From: Candidatus Levybacteria bacterium RIFCSPHIGHO2_01_FULL_36_15b
GTDB lineage: Bacteria > Patescibacteriota > Microgenomatia > Levybacterales > UBA12049
Length of the DNA: 64,000 nt
Reading direction: 5' to 3'
Assembly (NCBI GenBank): GCA_001782045.1
Contig: MFNK01000003.1
Coordinates: forward strand, 101,905-165,904
Part shown: one piece after another, positions 28,168 through 36,794 of the stretch
Numbering within the stretch: position 1 is the first letter of the stretch
How the letters are laid out: every line of letters begins with the position of its first letter
Made by a program: the position numbers and the translations under genes
Notes under the pieces: model-generated
The model's input: the letters and a program-made list of their open reading frames with translations, nothing else
Told to the model about the DNA's origin: nothing
Databases searched by the model: none

Positions 28168-28362
28168 TTATTGATTTCCTAACATTTGTTTTACTTTTTT
28201 TGCAAAAGTGCCTTTTAATATCCCAGGCTCTTTTTGCCTTCTGATTCTTGATTTACTTTTATTAAGCTTCTTATGGCTGCCATACTGGTGACTAAACAAA
28301 ACCTTGCCAGTTTTTGTAACCTTGAATCTTTTAGCTACTGACTTCTTTATTTTCTTTTTCAT
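28168..28362 (-). CDS. rpmI: 50S ribosomal protein L35
   Basis: MKKKIKKSVAKRFKVTKTGKV...HKK, 64 aa, between infC and rplT. Confidence 0.85.
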   Translation of the reverse strand: MKKKIKKSVAKRFKVTKTGKVLFSHQYGSHKKLNKSKSRIRRQKEPGILKGTFAKKVKQMLGNQ

Positions 28363-28906
28363 TTGTTTTTTTCCTTTCCGGTGAAAGAACCGATATTAAC
28401 TTTCTTCCTTCAAGTCTTTTTTCCCTATCTACCTTTGATACGTCACTTAAATTATTTATAACTTCGCCCAAAATTTTGTGCCCAAATTCCGGATGAGTAA
28501 TTTGTCTTCCGCTGAAATAAACTACCAGTCGTACTTTATTTCCGTCTTCCAAAAAATATCTTGTTCTTTTTGTCATTACGGCCAGGTCGTTTTCGCTCAT
28601 AAATGGACCCAGTCGTACTTCTTTAGTTTCGGTTGACTTAGTCTTTCGTTTCTCTTCCCTTTTCTTTTTTTCTTCCTGGTATAAAAACTTTTTATAGTCA
28701 ATTATCTTTGCTACAGGAGGGCTGGCTTTTGATGCTATTTCGACTAAATCCGATAAGCTTTCCTTTGCAAGTTCAAGCGCCTTATCTTTTGGCATTACGC
28801 CTATTTGCTTTCCTTCTGAATCTATTACTCTTAGGGTACTCGCAAATATGCGCTCGTTTATTCTATAAAATTTTCTATCCCTATTTTGGTTATACCTTTT
28901 TATCAA
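28331..28906 (-). CDS. infC: translation initiation factor IF-3
   Basis: INERIFASTLRVIDSEGKQIGVMPKDKALELAKESLSDLVEI...PPVAKIIDYKKFLYQ matches IF3 N and C domains; start codon uncertain (IF3 commonly non-ATG). Confidence 0.85.
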   Translation of the reverse strand: MIKRYNQNRDRKFYRINERIFASTLRVIDSEGKQIGVMPKDKALELAKESLSDLVEIASKASPPVAKIIDYKKFLYQEEKKKREEKRKTKSTETKEVRLGPFMSENDLAVMTKRTRYFLEDGNKVRLVVYFSGRQITHPEFGHKILGEVINNLSDVSKVDREKRLEGRKLISVLSPERKKTNEKENKEVSS

Positions 28907-30101
28907 TTTCTTTTTTTAATTTTTGAAGAAAATCGTCCAGGCTTGTCTTGCCTAAATCTTTTCCTTCTCTGTCTCTTACCGAAACACTGTTTGCTTCAGT
29001 TTCTTTCTCGCCTATTATAGCTAAATATGGGACTTTTTGCAAAGCAGCATCTCTTATTTTAGCCTGAAGCCTTTCAGATCTACTATCTAGCTCAACCCTT
29101 ACTCCTTGTGCAGTAAGCCTTTCCTGTACGTCTTTAGCATAATTTAGCTGTGAATCTGTTATGGGCAGAATTGCAACCTGAACAGGCGAAAGCCACAAAG
29201 GAAAAGCACCCTGATAATGCTCAATTATCATTGCAAGAAATCTTTCATAAGATCCAAAAGTTGCCCGATGCAACATTATTGGTCTTACTTTTTGATTACT
29301 TTCGTCAATATAGCTAAGGTTGAATCTTTCAGGCAAATTGAAATCTACCTGAATGGTTGATAATTGCCATTCTTTTCCCAAAGAGTCTTTTATCATTAAG
29401 TCCATTTTGGGTCCGTAAAATGCAGCTTCTCCGTCTATTCTTTTATATTCTATTTTTAACTCATCTAAAATTTCAGCCATTAAGTTTTGCATTTTTTCCC
29501 ATGTCTTTTCGTCTCCTAAGTATTTATTTTTGTTATTTTTATCCCACGCGGAAAGTCTTATCCAATATTCAAGGCCGAAATCTTTAAGCATTATTTGGTT
29601 AATTTCTAATGCTCTTCGAAATTCCTCTTTAATTTGATCAGGTCTGGCAAAAACGTGAGAATCGTCTAGCGTTAGTCCAAGAACCCGTACGAGTCCTTCT
29701 AATTCGCCTGATTGTTCTGATCTATACTGAGTAGTGGTTTCCGCATATCTTTGAGGCATTTCCCTATAGGAAATGGGTTTTCGAGCAAATATTTGTATGT
29801 GATGTGGGCAATTTGCCGGTTTAAGATTGTATTCTCTTCCCTTTGCTTTTATAGTAGGAAACATATCTTCTGAAAATTTTTCCAGATGACCGGATTTCTC
29901 ATAAAGTTCTTTTCTTGAAATATGAGGAATCCAAACGAATTTATACTCGTGTTTTTCAAGAATATCCTCAATATATCCTTGCAAGATTCTTCTAAGCATT
30001 GCGCCCTTTGGGGTAAAAAGCGGAAGCCCTGCGCCTACTAGATCTGAAAATGTAAATAAATCCTGTTCTTGTCCTATTTCTTGGTGACTTTTATTTGCCA
30101 T
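28890..30101 (-). CDS. thrS: threonyl-tRNA synthetase, catalytic core + anticodon-binding domain only (no N-terminal TGS/editing domains)
   Basis: Class II core, C-terminal GSYERFLAMIIEHYQGAFPLWLSPVQVAILPITD typical of ThrRS; thrS-infC-rpmI-rplT operon order conserved; 403 aa vs ~640 for canonical ThrRS. Confidence 0.85.
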   Translation of the reverse strand: MANKSHQEIGQEQDLFTFSDLVGAGLPLFTPKGAMLRRILQGYIEDILEKHEYKFVWIPHISRKELYEKSGHLEKFSEDMFPTIKAKGREYNLKPANCPHHIQIFARKPISYREMPQRYAETTTQYRSEQSGELEGLVRVLGLTLDDSHVFARPDQIKEEFRRALEINQIMLKDFGLEYWIRLSAWDKNNKNKYLGDEKTWEKMQNLMAEILDELKIEYKRIDGEAAFYGPKMDLMIKDSLGKEWQLSTIQVDFNLPERFNLSYIDESNQKVRPIMLHRATFGSYERFLAMIIEHYQGAFPLWLSPVQVAILPITDSQLNYAKDVQERLTAQGVRVELDSRSERLQAKIRDAALQKVPYLAIIGEKETEANSVSVRDREGKDLGKTSLDDFLQKLKKEIDKKV

Positions 30102-30122
30102 GTGCGTATTTTATCACAATAA

Positions 30123-30344
30123 TCATCTGAGAAGCTCGGGGTTTTTGGAAAGAACGAATTTTATAACATCCGCTACAAAATTTCCAACAAAAGGAACTAG
30201 ATTTACATTCTGCACAATTACTCCTAAAATTGTTAAAACTATGGCTAGCCCAACGGTTGCACCAAGTCCCCAAGCTATTCCACCTATAAAATTATTAAAT
30301 ATGATCTGTCTTTTACTTTTATGAAGCGCCTCGTGTCTTTCCAT
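30123..30344 (-). CDS. small hydrophobic membrane protein (73 aa)
   Basis: Two predicted TM helices (IGGIAWGLGATVGLAIVLTILGVIV). Confidence 0.4.
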   Translation of the reverse strand: MERHEALHKSKRQIIFNNFIGGIAWGLGATVGLAIVLTILGVIVQNVNLVPFVGNFVADVIKFVLSKNPELLR

Positions 30345-30379
30345 AATTAAAGTCTATTTAAGCAAGTCTCTTTTGTCAA

Positions 30380-30961
30380 CTAAAGCCCAAGTGACGGGGC
30401 AATTTGCTGCATAGAGGTTAAAACTATTGAAATAAAGTCTTCCAGTTTAATTTCTAAATGTTTTTTACAGTTTTCTATTGATTTTCTGTCCGCGCCTTTT
30501 GCAAAAGATTTTTCCTTATATCTATTCATTACAAAATTTAAATCTATGGAGGAAAGCTTTTTGTCCGGATGAATTAGCGCAGCTGCAATAATTAAGCCGG
30601 TAAGTTCATCACAGCAAACAATTGCCCAATCCATCAAAGACTTGGGACTAACTTTTGTGTATTTATGATTGTGGGCTTTAATTGCATAAATAACATCTTG
30701 CGGAACTTGATCTTTTAATTTCTCTTCTAAAATTAGCGTGTGTTTTTCGGGGTGTTCCTTAGATTCTTCGTAATCTGCGTCGTGAAGCAACCCAACCATA
30801 CTCCATTTCGCTTGCTCTTCTTGATTAATCGGCTGGTTTTTTGGTTTTTGGATCCAATTATAAATCCCAATCATTGCTGCTTCACAGGCCAAGTGGTGTT
30901 TTATAAGATTTTCGCTTTTTACCATTTGGTTTAAAAAAGCGTATGCGTCGTCTCGTGTCAT
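30380..30961 (-). CDS. HD-domain metal-dependent phosphohydrolase
   Basis: H...HD motif (KHHLACE ... GLLHDADYEES), 193 aa. Confidence 0.7.
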   Translation of the reverse strand: MTRDDAYAFLNQMVKSENLIKHHLACEAAMIGIYNWIQKPKNQPINQEEQAKWSMVGLLHDADYEESKEHPEKHTLILEEKLKDQVPQDVIYAIKAHNHKYTKVSPKSLMDWAIVCCDELTGLIIAAALIHPDKKLSSIDLNFVMNRYKEKSFAKGADRKSIENCKKHLEIKLEDFISIVLTSMQQIAPSLGL

Positions 30962-31000
30962 AAAACTATCTTAACACAAAGGATGATTTTTGGGGAAAAA

Positions 31001-31076
31001 GGTGGGCCCGAGAAGAGTCGAACTTCTGACCTTTGCAATGTCAATGCAACGCTCTAACCAACTGAGCTACGAGCCC
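31001..31076 (-). tRNA. tRNA-Val (anticodon GAC); CC but no full CCA encoded
   Basis: Cloverleaf GGGCTCG/CGGGCCC acceptor, TAGCTCAGTTGGTTAGAGC D-arm, loop TTGACAT, T-loop TTCGACT. Confidence 0.85.
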
Positions 31077-31123
31077 TGGGCTTGTCTATTTTAACAAAAC
31101 AAGCCTATTCAATCAAACATAGA

Positions 31124-31288
31124 TTATTTACTCCTGCTTGCCATTTGTGGCGCCCTTCCAAATGGTGCGTTTTCCCTTGCTGATTCTCCAAAAGGCTTTT
31201 TAGGCTCCGGCGCCACCGGTTTTTCAACAGGCATTGACGGACCATGATGAACTACAACTTCTAAGTTTTTTTTGCCTTGCTCTACCAT
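31124..31288 (-). CDS. small protein (54 aa, MVEQGKKNLEVVVHHGPSMPVEKP...)
   Basis: ATG preceded by AGGGGGTGA SD at ~8 nt; longer track ORF (to 31360) would overlap neighbour. Confidence 0.35.
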   Translation of the reverse strand: MVEQGKKNLEVVVHHGPSMPVEKPVAPEPKKPFGESARENAPFGRAPQMASRSK

Positions 31289-31319
31289 AAATAAATCACC
31301 CCCTTTATTTTTAGCCAAA

Positions 31320-31511
31320 TTATTTTTTAGATAAATTCTGTCCGTTTGATCTAAATGCAACCTCAGATCTTAATAGTTGATTACGGAAATCCGGTCTTCT
31401 GCCGGTTGCCCTAGCCCTATCAACTCTAACATGATATTGAAAATCCATTTCTTGATTGAATTGCTCAACAGTTCTTCCTCGTAGTGGATCGCGTTCATTT
31501 TTGTAACTCAT
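31320..31511 (-). CDS. small basic protein (63 aa)
   Basis: Strong SD AGGAGGTGA 7 nt upstream of ATG; Arg-rich. Confidence 0.45.
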   Translation of the reverse strand: MSYKNERDPLRGRTVEQFNQEMDFQYHVRVDRARATGRRPDFRNQLLRSEVAFRSNGQNLSKK

Positions 31512-31532
31512 AATTTCACCTCCTATTCCAAC

Positions 31533-31554
31533 AAAAAACCTCCCTTTTGGGGAG
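31533..31554 (-). terminator. rho-independent terminator-like hairpin (CCUCCC-CAAAA-GGGAGG + U6) on minus strand
   Basis: RC of 31533-31560 = GAATACCTCCCCAAAAGGGAGGTTTTTT; lies between coiled-coil gene and small SD-bearing gene. Confidence 0.5.
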
Positions 31555-31682
31555 GTATTCCGTACGTTTACCTTACGAGAATTACCTCCCTAACGGGAGT
31601 TAATAATTCTATTAATAAGGTTAAACTTCTTACTCACAAATTAAATAATATAAAATGTACAAAGTAAGTGTCAAGGGGTATT

Positions 31683-32330
31683 TTAACCGGTTTGTTGTGC
31701 AACTACTCGCTCTCCAGACAAGGTAAAACTTGTACCCTGGGATTTTGCAAGGCTCCAAAAGTCTTTCTTAGATTTCTTTCCTGCTAGGGCTGACATCCAG
31801 TTTGCAGAACTCTCAATTCTGACCCTAGCTGCTTGAATTGTAGATAACATCCACTCTACAAAATTTAAGTGATACTTACCCGGTTTAATATTGTCCTGAA
31901 TAGTTTCTGTTGCTACTTGTTTAAAAGAAATCTCAAGTTCCTTAGATTTTTCGGTAATTTTTTTAAGCTCAATTTGAATTTCCGTTAGCCTTTGTTTAAT
32001 TTCCTGATTATCGGCATTTCTTCTAATAGTTTCTGCATGAAGAATTTTATCTACATATTTTATATCCGGATCGCCTTCTGCAGCTCTTTCTTTTTTTTCT
32101 TTCTTAGTAAAACTTATTTCTTCCCCCTCGTTAAGATCTCCGGCTAGTTTTTCAGCCCTAGAAGCCTGGTTTTGAGCTTCTTGAGCTTGTCCCAAGGCCT
32201 GCTTCATAAAAACTTTCCATTCTTCATTAAGTTCACTTTTAACAGTTTTTGAAGCAGATTGAATCAACTCGGCTCCAATTTCGTCGAGGTTTTTCTCTCT
32301 AAATGTTTTTAAGGGATTTTTACTTGCCAT
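31683..32330 (-). CDS. hypothetical coiled-coil protein (215 aa)
   Basis: Heptad-rich, Lys/Glu-rich, no enzymatic motif. Confidence 0.5.
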   Translation of the reverse strand: MASKNPLKTFREKNLDEIGAELIQSASKTVKSELNEEWKVFMKQALGQAQEAQNQASRAEKLAGDLNEGEEISFTKKEKKERAAEGDPDIKYVDKILHAETIRRNADNQEIKQRLTEIQIELKKITEKSKELEISFKQVATETIQDNIKPGKYHLNFVEWMLSTIQAARVRIESSANWMSALAGKKSKKDFWSLAKSQGTSFTLSGERVVAQQTG

Positions 32331-32345
32331 ACGTGCCTATATATA

Positions 32346-33179
32346 TCACAGATTACGTAGATAATCAAGCGTTTTTTGCTGTCTTATAATACTTGCAACT
32401 AAGTATTTATTGTTAGTTAGACTTTTTCTTTCTTCCTCTGTTTTTGCAGCTTTAATTGCTTCTTCAATCTCGCTTTCTTCTACTTTTATATTTTGTTCAT
32501 TTGCAATTTGTCCAAGTATAAACTCAATCTTAACATCAGACTCCGCTTTTTTGGCATAATCTGCTCTTAAAGCTTCAATTGTTTTGCCGCTTGAAGCTAA
32601 ATATTGATCTAGCGTTAAACCCAACCTTTTAATTTCATCTAAGGTTTGAGCCAAAAGTCTTTCTACTTCCTGGTCTAAAATTACCTTAGGCACGATCAAC
32701 TTAACGCTTTCAAGAAGCGCTTTGGCTATTTCATCAAAACTTACAGCCTGATTTTCCTTACCGGGAACTACAATTTTAGATTTTGCGGTAACATTTTGTA
32801 CACCCTCTTTATAGTTACCAAGATCGATTTTTGGCATTTCGCAGGTTTGGGCAATAAATTCCCAGTCTTTATCGTCATCTATTTTTTGAACATGAATTTT
32901 TGGAGAAATTATAGGATTTAAGGCATTTGTTTTAACTGCTTCTGCATATGCGCCCGGCAATATTTTTCGAAGTATATCCTCTTTTATATGTGCTTTGTCT
33001 AAGCTTTGCTCAACCTTTTCAAGAGGCGCCATGCCTTTTCTAAAACCCGGCAATTCGGCTTCTTTTACGTGCTCGTTTATTACTTCTTTTTTTGCCTCAA
33101 CAATTGCGCTCCAAGGAACAGTTACCGTAAGTTCAATTGTTCCGTCTTCCTGTTTTTTTATTTGAGATGTAATTTTCAT
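32346..33179 (-). CDS. tig: trigger factor, PPIase-less short form (N-terminal ribosome-binding + C-terminal arm domains)
   Basis: Signature PGFRKGMAPL (TF GFRxGxxP ribosome-binding motif). 278 aa from ATG 33179 (track start 33215 would overlap tRNA-Leu). No FKBP-type middle domain recognisable. Confidence 0.7.
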   Translation of the reverse strand: MKITSQIKKQEDGTIELTVTVPWSAIVEAKKEVINEHVKEAELPGFRKGMAPLEKVEQSLDKAHIKEDILRKILPGAYAEAVKTNALNPIISPKIHVQKIDDDKDWEFIAQTCEMPKIDLGNYKEGVQNVTAKSKIVVPGKENQAVSFDEIAKALLESVKLIVPKVILDQEVERLLAQTLDEIKRLGLTLDQYLASSGKTIEALRADYAKKAESDVKIEFILGQIANEQNIKVEESEIEEAIKAAKTEEERKSLTNNKYLVASIIRQQKTLDYLRNL

Positions 33180-33186
33180 AAAATTT

Positions 33187-33271
33187 GGTGCGGACGAAGG
33201 GAGTTGAACCCCCACGCCCTTGCGGGCACAAGGTCCTAAACCTTGCGTGTCTGCCGTTTCACCACGTCCGC
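33187..33271 (-). tRNA. tRNA-Leu (anticodon TAG), long variable arm, CCA encoded
   Basis: RC GCGGACGTGGTGAAACGGCAGACACGCAAGGTTTAGGACCTTGTGCCCGCAAGGGCGTGGGGGTTCAACTCCCTTCGTCCGCACCA. Confidence 0.85.
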
Positions 33272-33304
33272 TCGCCCCTATACAACGAGTACATTATAGC
33301 CTAA

Positions 33305-33856
33305 TTAGAAGGAAAGCGAAAGTGAAGATCTTGCGTCGTTAAGCGCAAATTTTTGGATTGAATTTAGGTGTATTTGAACACTATTTGGCCATGCCTGTGA
33401 GGAAGCATAAATTCTTCCTATTTCGTAGATATTTTTAGCTCCCCATCTGTTCATATATTTTTCCCTTAAGCCCTGAGAGATTGTGCCTATTCCCTCTTTC
33501 CAGGAAGCAAATCTTATTACGTTGTCTCCATAAACTCCCCAACCCCAGGCATTATAAGAGTTGTTGGGAATAGCAAGTCCAAAAGAAGACTCAACGCCTG
33601 CAATAGCTGCAACCAGCTTCCAGTCTAAGTTATATTTATCCGCATAAAAAACAAAATCCTCTGCATTTTCTGCAAGCGGAGAATTTCTGCTTTCAAGATA
33701 AGAACGCAGTATTTGTACACGTGAATCGAAAACAGCATTAGTTTCTGTATCTGAAACTATTTTTGCAGATGACGCAGACGCTTTTTCCTGCGCAAAAGCA
33801 TTTTGTGGAGTTGTTAATATTATAGCCGCAAGTATTGCGAGCAGTAATTTTTTCAT
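33305..33856 (-). CDS. secreted lysozyme-like (SLT/glucosaminidase/Rpf-like) protein, paralog A
   Basis: Signal peptide MKKLLLAILAAIILT...AFA; motif ADKYNLDWKLVAAIAGVESSFG...NSYNAWGWGVYGDNVIRF (Glu-Ser catalytic-type box). Confidence 0.5.
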   Translation of the reverse strand: MKKLLLAILAAIILTTPQNAFAQEKASASSAKIVSDTETNAVFDSRVQILRSYLESRNSPLAENAEDFVFYADKYNLDWKLVAAIAGVESSFGLAIPNNSYNAWGWGVYGDNVIRFASWKEGIGTISQGLREKYMNRWGAKNIYEIGRIYASSQAWPNSVQIHLNSIQKFALNDARSSLSLSF

Positions 33857-33975
33857 ACTTGTGTGGGCTTTTTTGCCCAAAAAAAATCCTAACGTATGTA
33901 TTTGGAAGGACATACCTTAGGATCTGCGGAGAGTATATCACACAACTATAGGTTTGTCAAGTGGTTAACTATGGG

Positions 33976-34551
33976 CTATATTTCCATGCGCTCCATGAAG
34001 CCTAAAACTCCTTTAGCCCATGAGCCGTTACTGGAAGGCGTGTATTTGCTCATTATCTGTTCCGGTGTTTCAAGTCCTTGATCTTTGTATTTTGTTGCCA
34101 GTGTTTTTGTAACTGTTTCTATTGCAATATGATAGTTATCAAACCGCGTAACTTTCTTTCCATAAATACCAAACCCCCAGCAATTATATGAATTTTTCGG
34201 TGCTTTTTTGCAAAGAGTTGATTCCTGCATGGCAATTGCAGGAATTAGTCGGTAGTCCAGACCGTATTTATCTGCAGTGCTTACGACAAATTCAGCATAT
34301 GGGCTAAGTGAGGAATTATACCTATCTAAAAAGGCTTTAACAGCCTCAATTCGGCCGTCTTTGGAGTTCATTTTAAGTACATATGCGGTATTAGAGCCTG
34401 GAAGCGCAGCGTAGGCTACTTTGGGAGCCCTTTGAAATGTCAAGAACGAACTGGCATTTTGGGAGTTAATATAGCTATAAAAAAGAAGTGTTAAAATAAG
34501 AAGAACTGGAGTAAGAAAGAAAACATAGGCAGACAGTAATATCTTTCTCAT
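33976..34551 (-). CDS. secreted/membrane-anchored lysozyme-like protein, paralog B
   Basis: N-terminal TM; ADKYGLDYRLIPAIAMQESTLC...NSYNCWGFGIYGKKVTRF, same motif architecture as 33305..33856. Confidence 0.5.
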   Translation of the reverse strand: MRKILLSAYVFFLTPVLLILTLLFYSYINSQNASSFLTFQRAPKVAYAALPGSNTAYVLKMNSKDGRIEAVKAFLDRYNSSLSPYAEFVVSTADKYGLDYRLIPAIAMQESTLCKKAPKNSYNCWGFGIYGKKVTRFDNYHIAIETVTKTLATKYKDQGLETPEQIMSKYTPSSNGSWAKGVLGFMERMEI

Positions 34552-34645
34552 TTATCTTTTAGATTGGCAGATTAATGTGTTTTTGTCAAGCTATTTTAGT
34601 CTAATTTGAGCTCCGGAGGATTTTCTGGTATACTCTTTTTCATTC

Positions 34646-34717
34646 GCGGGAGTAGTTCATCGGTAGAATGTTTCCTTGCCAAGGAAAAGGTAGCGGGTTC
34701 GATTCCCGTCTCCCGCT
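34646..34717 (+). tRNA. tRNA-Gly (anticodon GCC); no CCA
   Basis: GCGGGAG acceptor, loop TTGCCAA, T-loop TTCGATT, 3' CTCCCGC. Confidence 0.85.
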
Positions 34718-34757
34718 CAAAATACCCTCGAAATGCTACAAAAATGCAGAAGAAAAG

Positions 34758-35216
34758 TTAGTGGATTTCGACCTTAGCTTCATAGGCCAAATTTCTAGCT
34801 TCCGCGTAGGCTTTAGGAAATTTACTTTCATTTCCCATTATTCTGTCTGCGAGCCCATTTTTTATCTCAAATCCCGCAATTATCCCGCTAATTGGATTTA
34901 CTGGCTCTATTAATGCAGTTACGCCATCCATGTATGCCACAACATAATCATTTATTCTATCTTTGAAAGTTTCCGTTTGAAAATAATAGTCCGTTACTTT
35001 GTTTGAGTCGTATGTTCTGCGTGTTTCTTTAGATAACCTACCACTAAAAGTTCCATCTTCTGTGCTCCAAAAAACTTTTTCATTTATAGGTTTGCCATTG
35101 GTTCTAGCAGCAAGTACATCAAGATCTAATTCGGAAACAGGAACGAAAGATACCTCCTGTTCTTTCTCAGGGAGTAAAGGTGGATTATTGTCTGTTCTCT
35201 CTAAAGCGACTGACAT
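34758..35216 (-). CDS. hypothetical protein (153 aa)
   Basis: ATG at 35216; the longer track ORF (to 35411) would run antisense through tRNA-Phe, so the shorter start is preferred. Confidence 0.4.
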   Translation of the reverse strand: MSVALERTDNNPPLLPEKEQEVSFVPVSELDLDVLAARTNGKPINEKVFWSTEDGTFSGRLSKETRRTYDSNKVTDYYFQTETFKDRINDYVVAYMDGVTALIEPVNPISGIIAGFEIKNGLADRIMGNESKFPKAYAEARNLAYEAKVEIH

Positions 35217-35285
35217 AACATAAGGATGATATTCTACAGGAAATTTGTCAATAGTCAAGTGCTCTAGTATAATATTAGTCTGTAA

Positions 35286-35358
35286 GCTGAGATAGCCAAG
35301 GTGGTCAAGGCACCTGTCTGAAGAACAGGCTATGTGTGTTCGACTCACACTCTCAGCA
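35286..35358 (+). tRNA. tRNA-Phe (anticodon GAA); no CCA
   Basis: GCTGAGA/TCTCAGC acceptor, loop CTGAAGA, T-arm GTGTG-TTCGACT-CACAC. Confidence 0.85.
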
Positions 35359-35386
35359 CAATTCGACAAGCTTAGTACAAGCACTT

Positions 35387-35469
35387 GCGGATGTGGTGAA
35401 ATGGTATACACGCAGCCTTGAGGTGGCTGTGCCGTAAAAAGCGTGGAGGTTCGAGTCCTCTCATCCGCA
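35387..35469 (+). tRNA. tRNA-Leu (anticodon GAG), long variable arm; no CCA
   Basis: GCGGATG/CATCCGC acceptor, loop TTGAGGT, variable arm TGCCGTAAAAAGCGTG. Confidence 0.85.
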
Positions 35470-35480
35470 CAAATTACCTT

Positions 35481-35552
35481 GGGTACTTAGCTCAGTGGTA
35501 GAGCGCTTCGTTTACATCGAAGATGTCGGGGGTTCAAGTCCCTCAGTACCCA
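35481..35552 (+). tRNA. tRNA-Val (anticodon TAC); no CCA
   Basis: GGGTACT/AGTACCC acceptor, loop TTTACAT. Confidence 0.85.
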
Positions 35553-35580
35553 CATATTAGGCACGCTCAGCGTAAACAAA

Positions 35581-35664
35581 GCCCAGGTGGCGAAACCGGC
35601 AGACGCGCAGCGTTCAGAACGCTGTGTCCGCAAGGACTTGGGAGTTCGAATCTCCCCTTGGGCA
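35581..35664 (+). tRNA. tRNA-Leu (anticodon CAG), long variable arm; no CCA
   Basis: GCCCAGG acceptor, loop TTCAGAA, T-arm GGGAG-TTCGAAT-CTCCC. Confidence 0.85.
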
Positions 35665-35665
35665 C

Positions 35666-36787
35666 ATGAAATACTTAGTCATTCTTTTTTCCTTAGTGAC
35701 ACTTATATCAATGGCTTTTTTTATAATTTCGAACAAGGGGAATATTTCACCAACTCAGAAAAATAACATTACACAAACAAAAAGTACTGAAAACAAAACA
35801 TCAGAGCCGGTTATGGTGGTTACAGATAATTTAGATACTCCATGGTCCATTGCTTTCCTGCCCGATAAATCTATGCTGGTTTCTCAAAGAAACGGTATAG
35901 TTTTTCATATATCAAAAGACGGTAATGAAGAGAAGGTCGGGGAAATTCCTAGCGTAAAGGAATATGGCGAGGGCGGCCTCATGGGGGTTGCTGTGCATCC
36001 CAATTTTTCCGTAAACAGTTATGTCTATTTTTATTACACGTACAGCGAAAACGGAGTTAATACATTAAACAGAGTGGTTAGAATGGGCTATAAAAATAAT
36101 AGACTTGAAAATGAGCAAATAGTTGTAGACAAAATTCCGGGAGGAATCTTTCATAACGGCGGAAGGATAAAATTCGGACCAGATGGTTTTCTTTACATAA
36201 CAACCGGTGATGCAACAAATCCATCATTATCTCAAAATAAAGATTCATTAGCCGGAAAAATATTAAGAGTTACAGATGATGGTAAGCCTGCGCCCGGCAA
36301 TCCTTTTAAAACTCAAGTCTACTCATTTGGTCACAGAAATCCCCAAGGCTTAGCGTGGGATTTGGATAAGCATTTATGGGAAACAGAGCATGGTCCATCC
36401 GGAACATGGCCAAATTGTTGCCAGGATGAAATCAATGTGATAGAAGCGGGAAAAAATTATGGCTGGCCGGAAAACGTTGGGGATAACGTTAAAAGCGGAG
36501 TTGAAGCTGCAGTTTTGCATTCAGGCCGCGAAATTTGGGCTCCGGCAGGACTTGACTATTTAAACGGGTCATTGTTTTTTGCGGGATTAAGAGGAGAAGC
36601 ACTTTATGAATACAAAATTGCAACAAAGAGACTTACAGCACATTTTAAAAATACATTCGGAAGAATAAGAGATGTGGTGGTTGGCCCTGATAATATGATT
36701 TATATCACAACAAGTAATCTTGATGGTAGAGGGTTGCCAAAAAGAGGAGACGATAAAATTATCAAAATTAACCCAGGCAAACTTTAG
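35666..36787 (+). CDS. PQQ-dependent soluble aldose sugar dehydrogenase-like beta-propeller protein (YliI/Asd family)
   Basis: HNGGRIKFGPDGFLYITTGD matches the conserved sugar dehydrogenase box; N-terminal TM anchor; ATG 35666 chosen because track start overlaps tRNA-Leu. Confidence 0.7.
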   Translation: MKYLVILFSLVTLISMAFFIISNKGNISPTQKNNITQTKSTENKTSEPVMVVTDNLDTPWSIAFLPDKSMLVSQRNGIVFHISKDGNEEKVGEIPSVKEYGEGGLMGVAVHPNFSVNSYVYFYYTYSENGVNTLNRVVRMGYKNNRLENEQIVVDKIPGGIFHNGGRIKFGPDGFLYITTGDATNPSLSQNKDSLAGKILRVTDDGKPAPGNPFKTQVYSFGHRNPQGLAWDLDKHLWETEHGPSGTWPNCCQDEINVIEAGKNYGWPENVGDNVKSGVEAAVLHSGREIWAPAGLDYLNGSLFFAGLRGEALYEYKIATKRLTAHFKNTFGRIRDVVVGPDNMIYITTSNLDGRGLPKRGDDKIIKINPGKL

Positions 36788-36794
36788 TAATGAG

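Noticed and set aside
33006-33239. ORFs overlapping tRNA genes (33006..33239+, 36720..36998+, 43014..43232-, 43089..43409+)
   Set aside because: Each runs through a confidently folded tRNA. Treated as spurious and neighbouring CDS starts trimmed accordingly.
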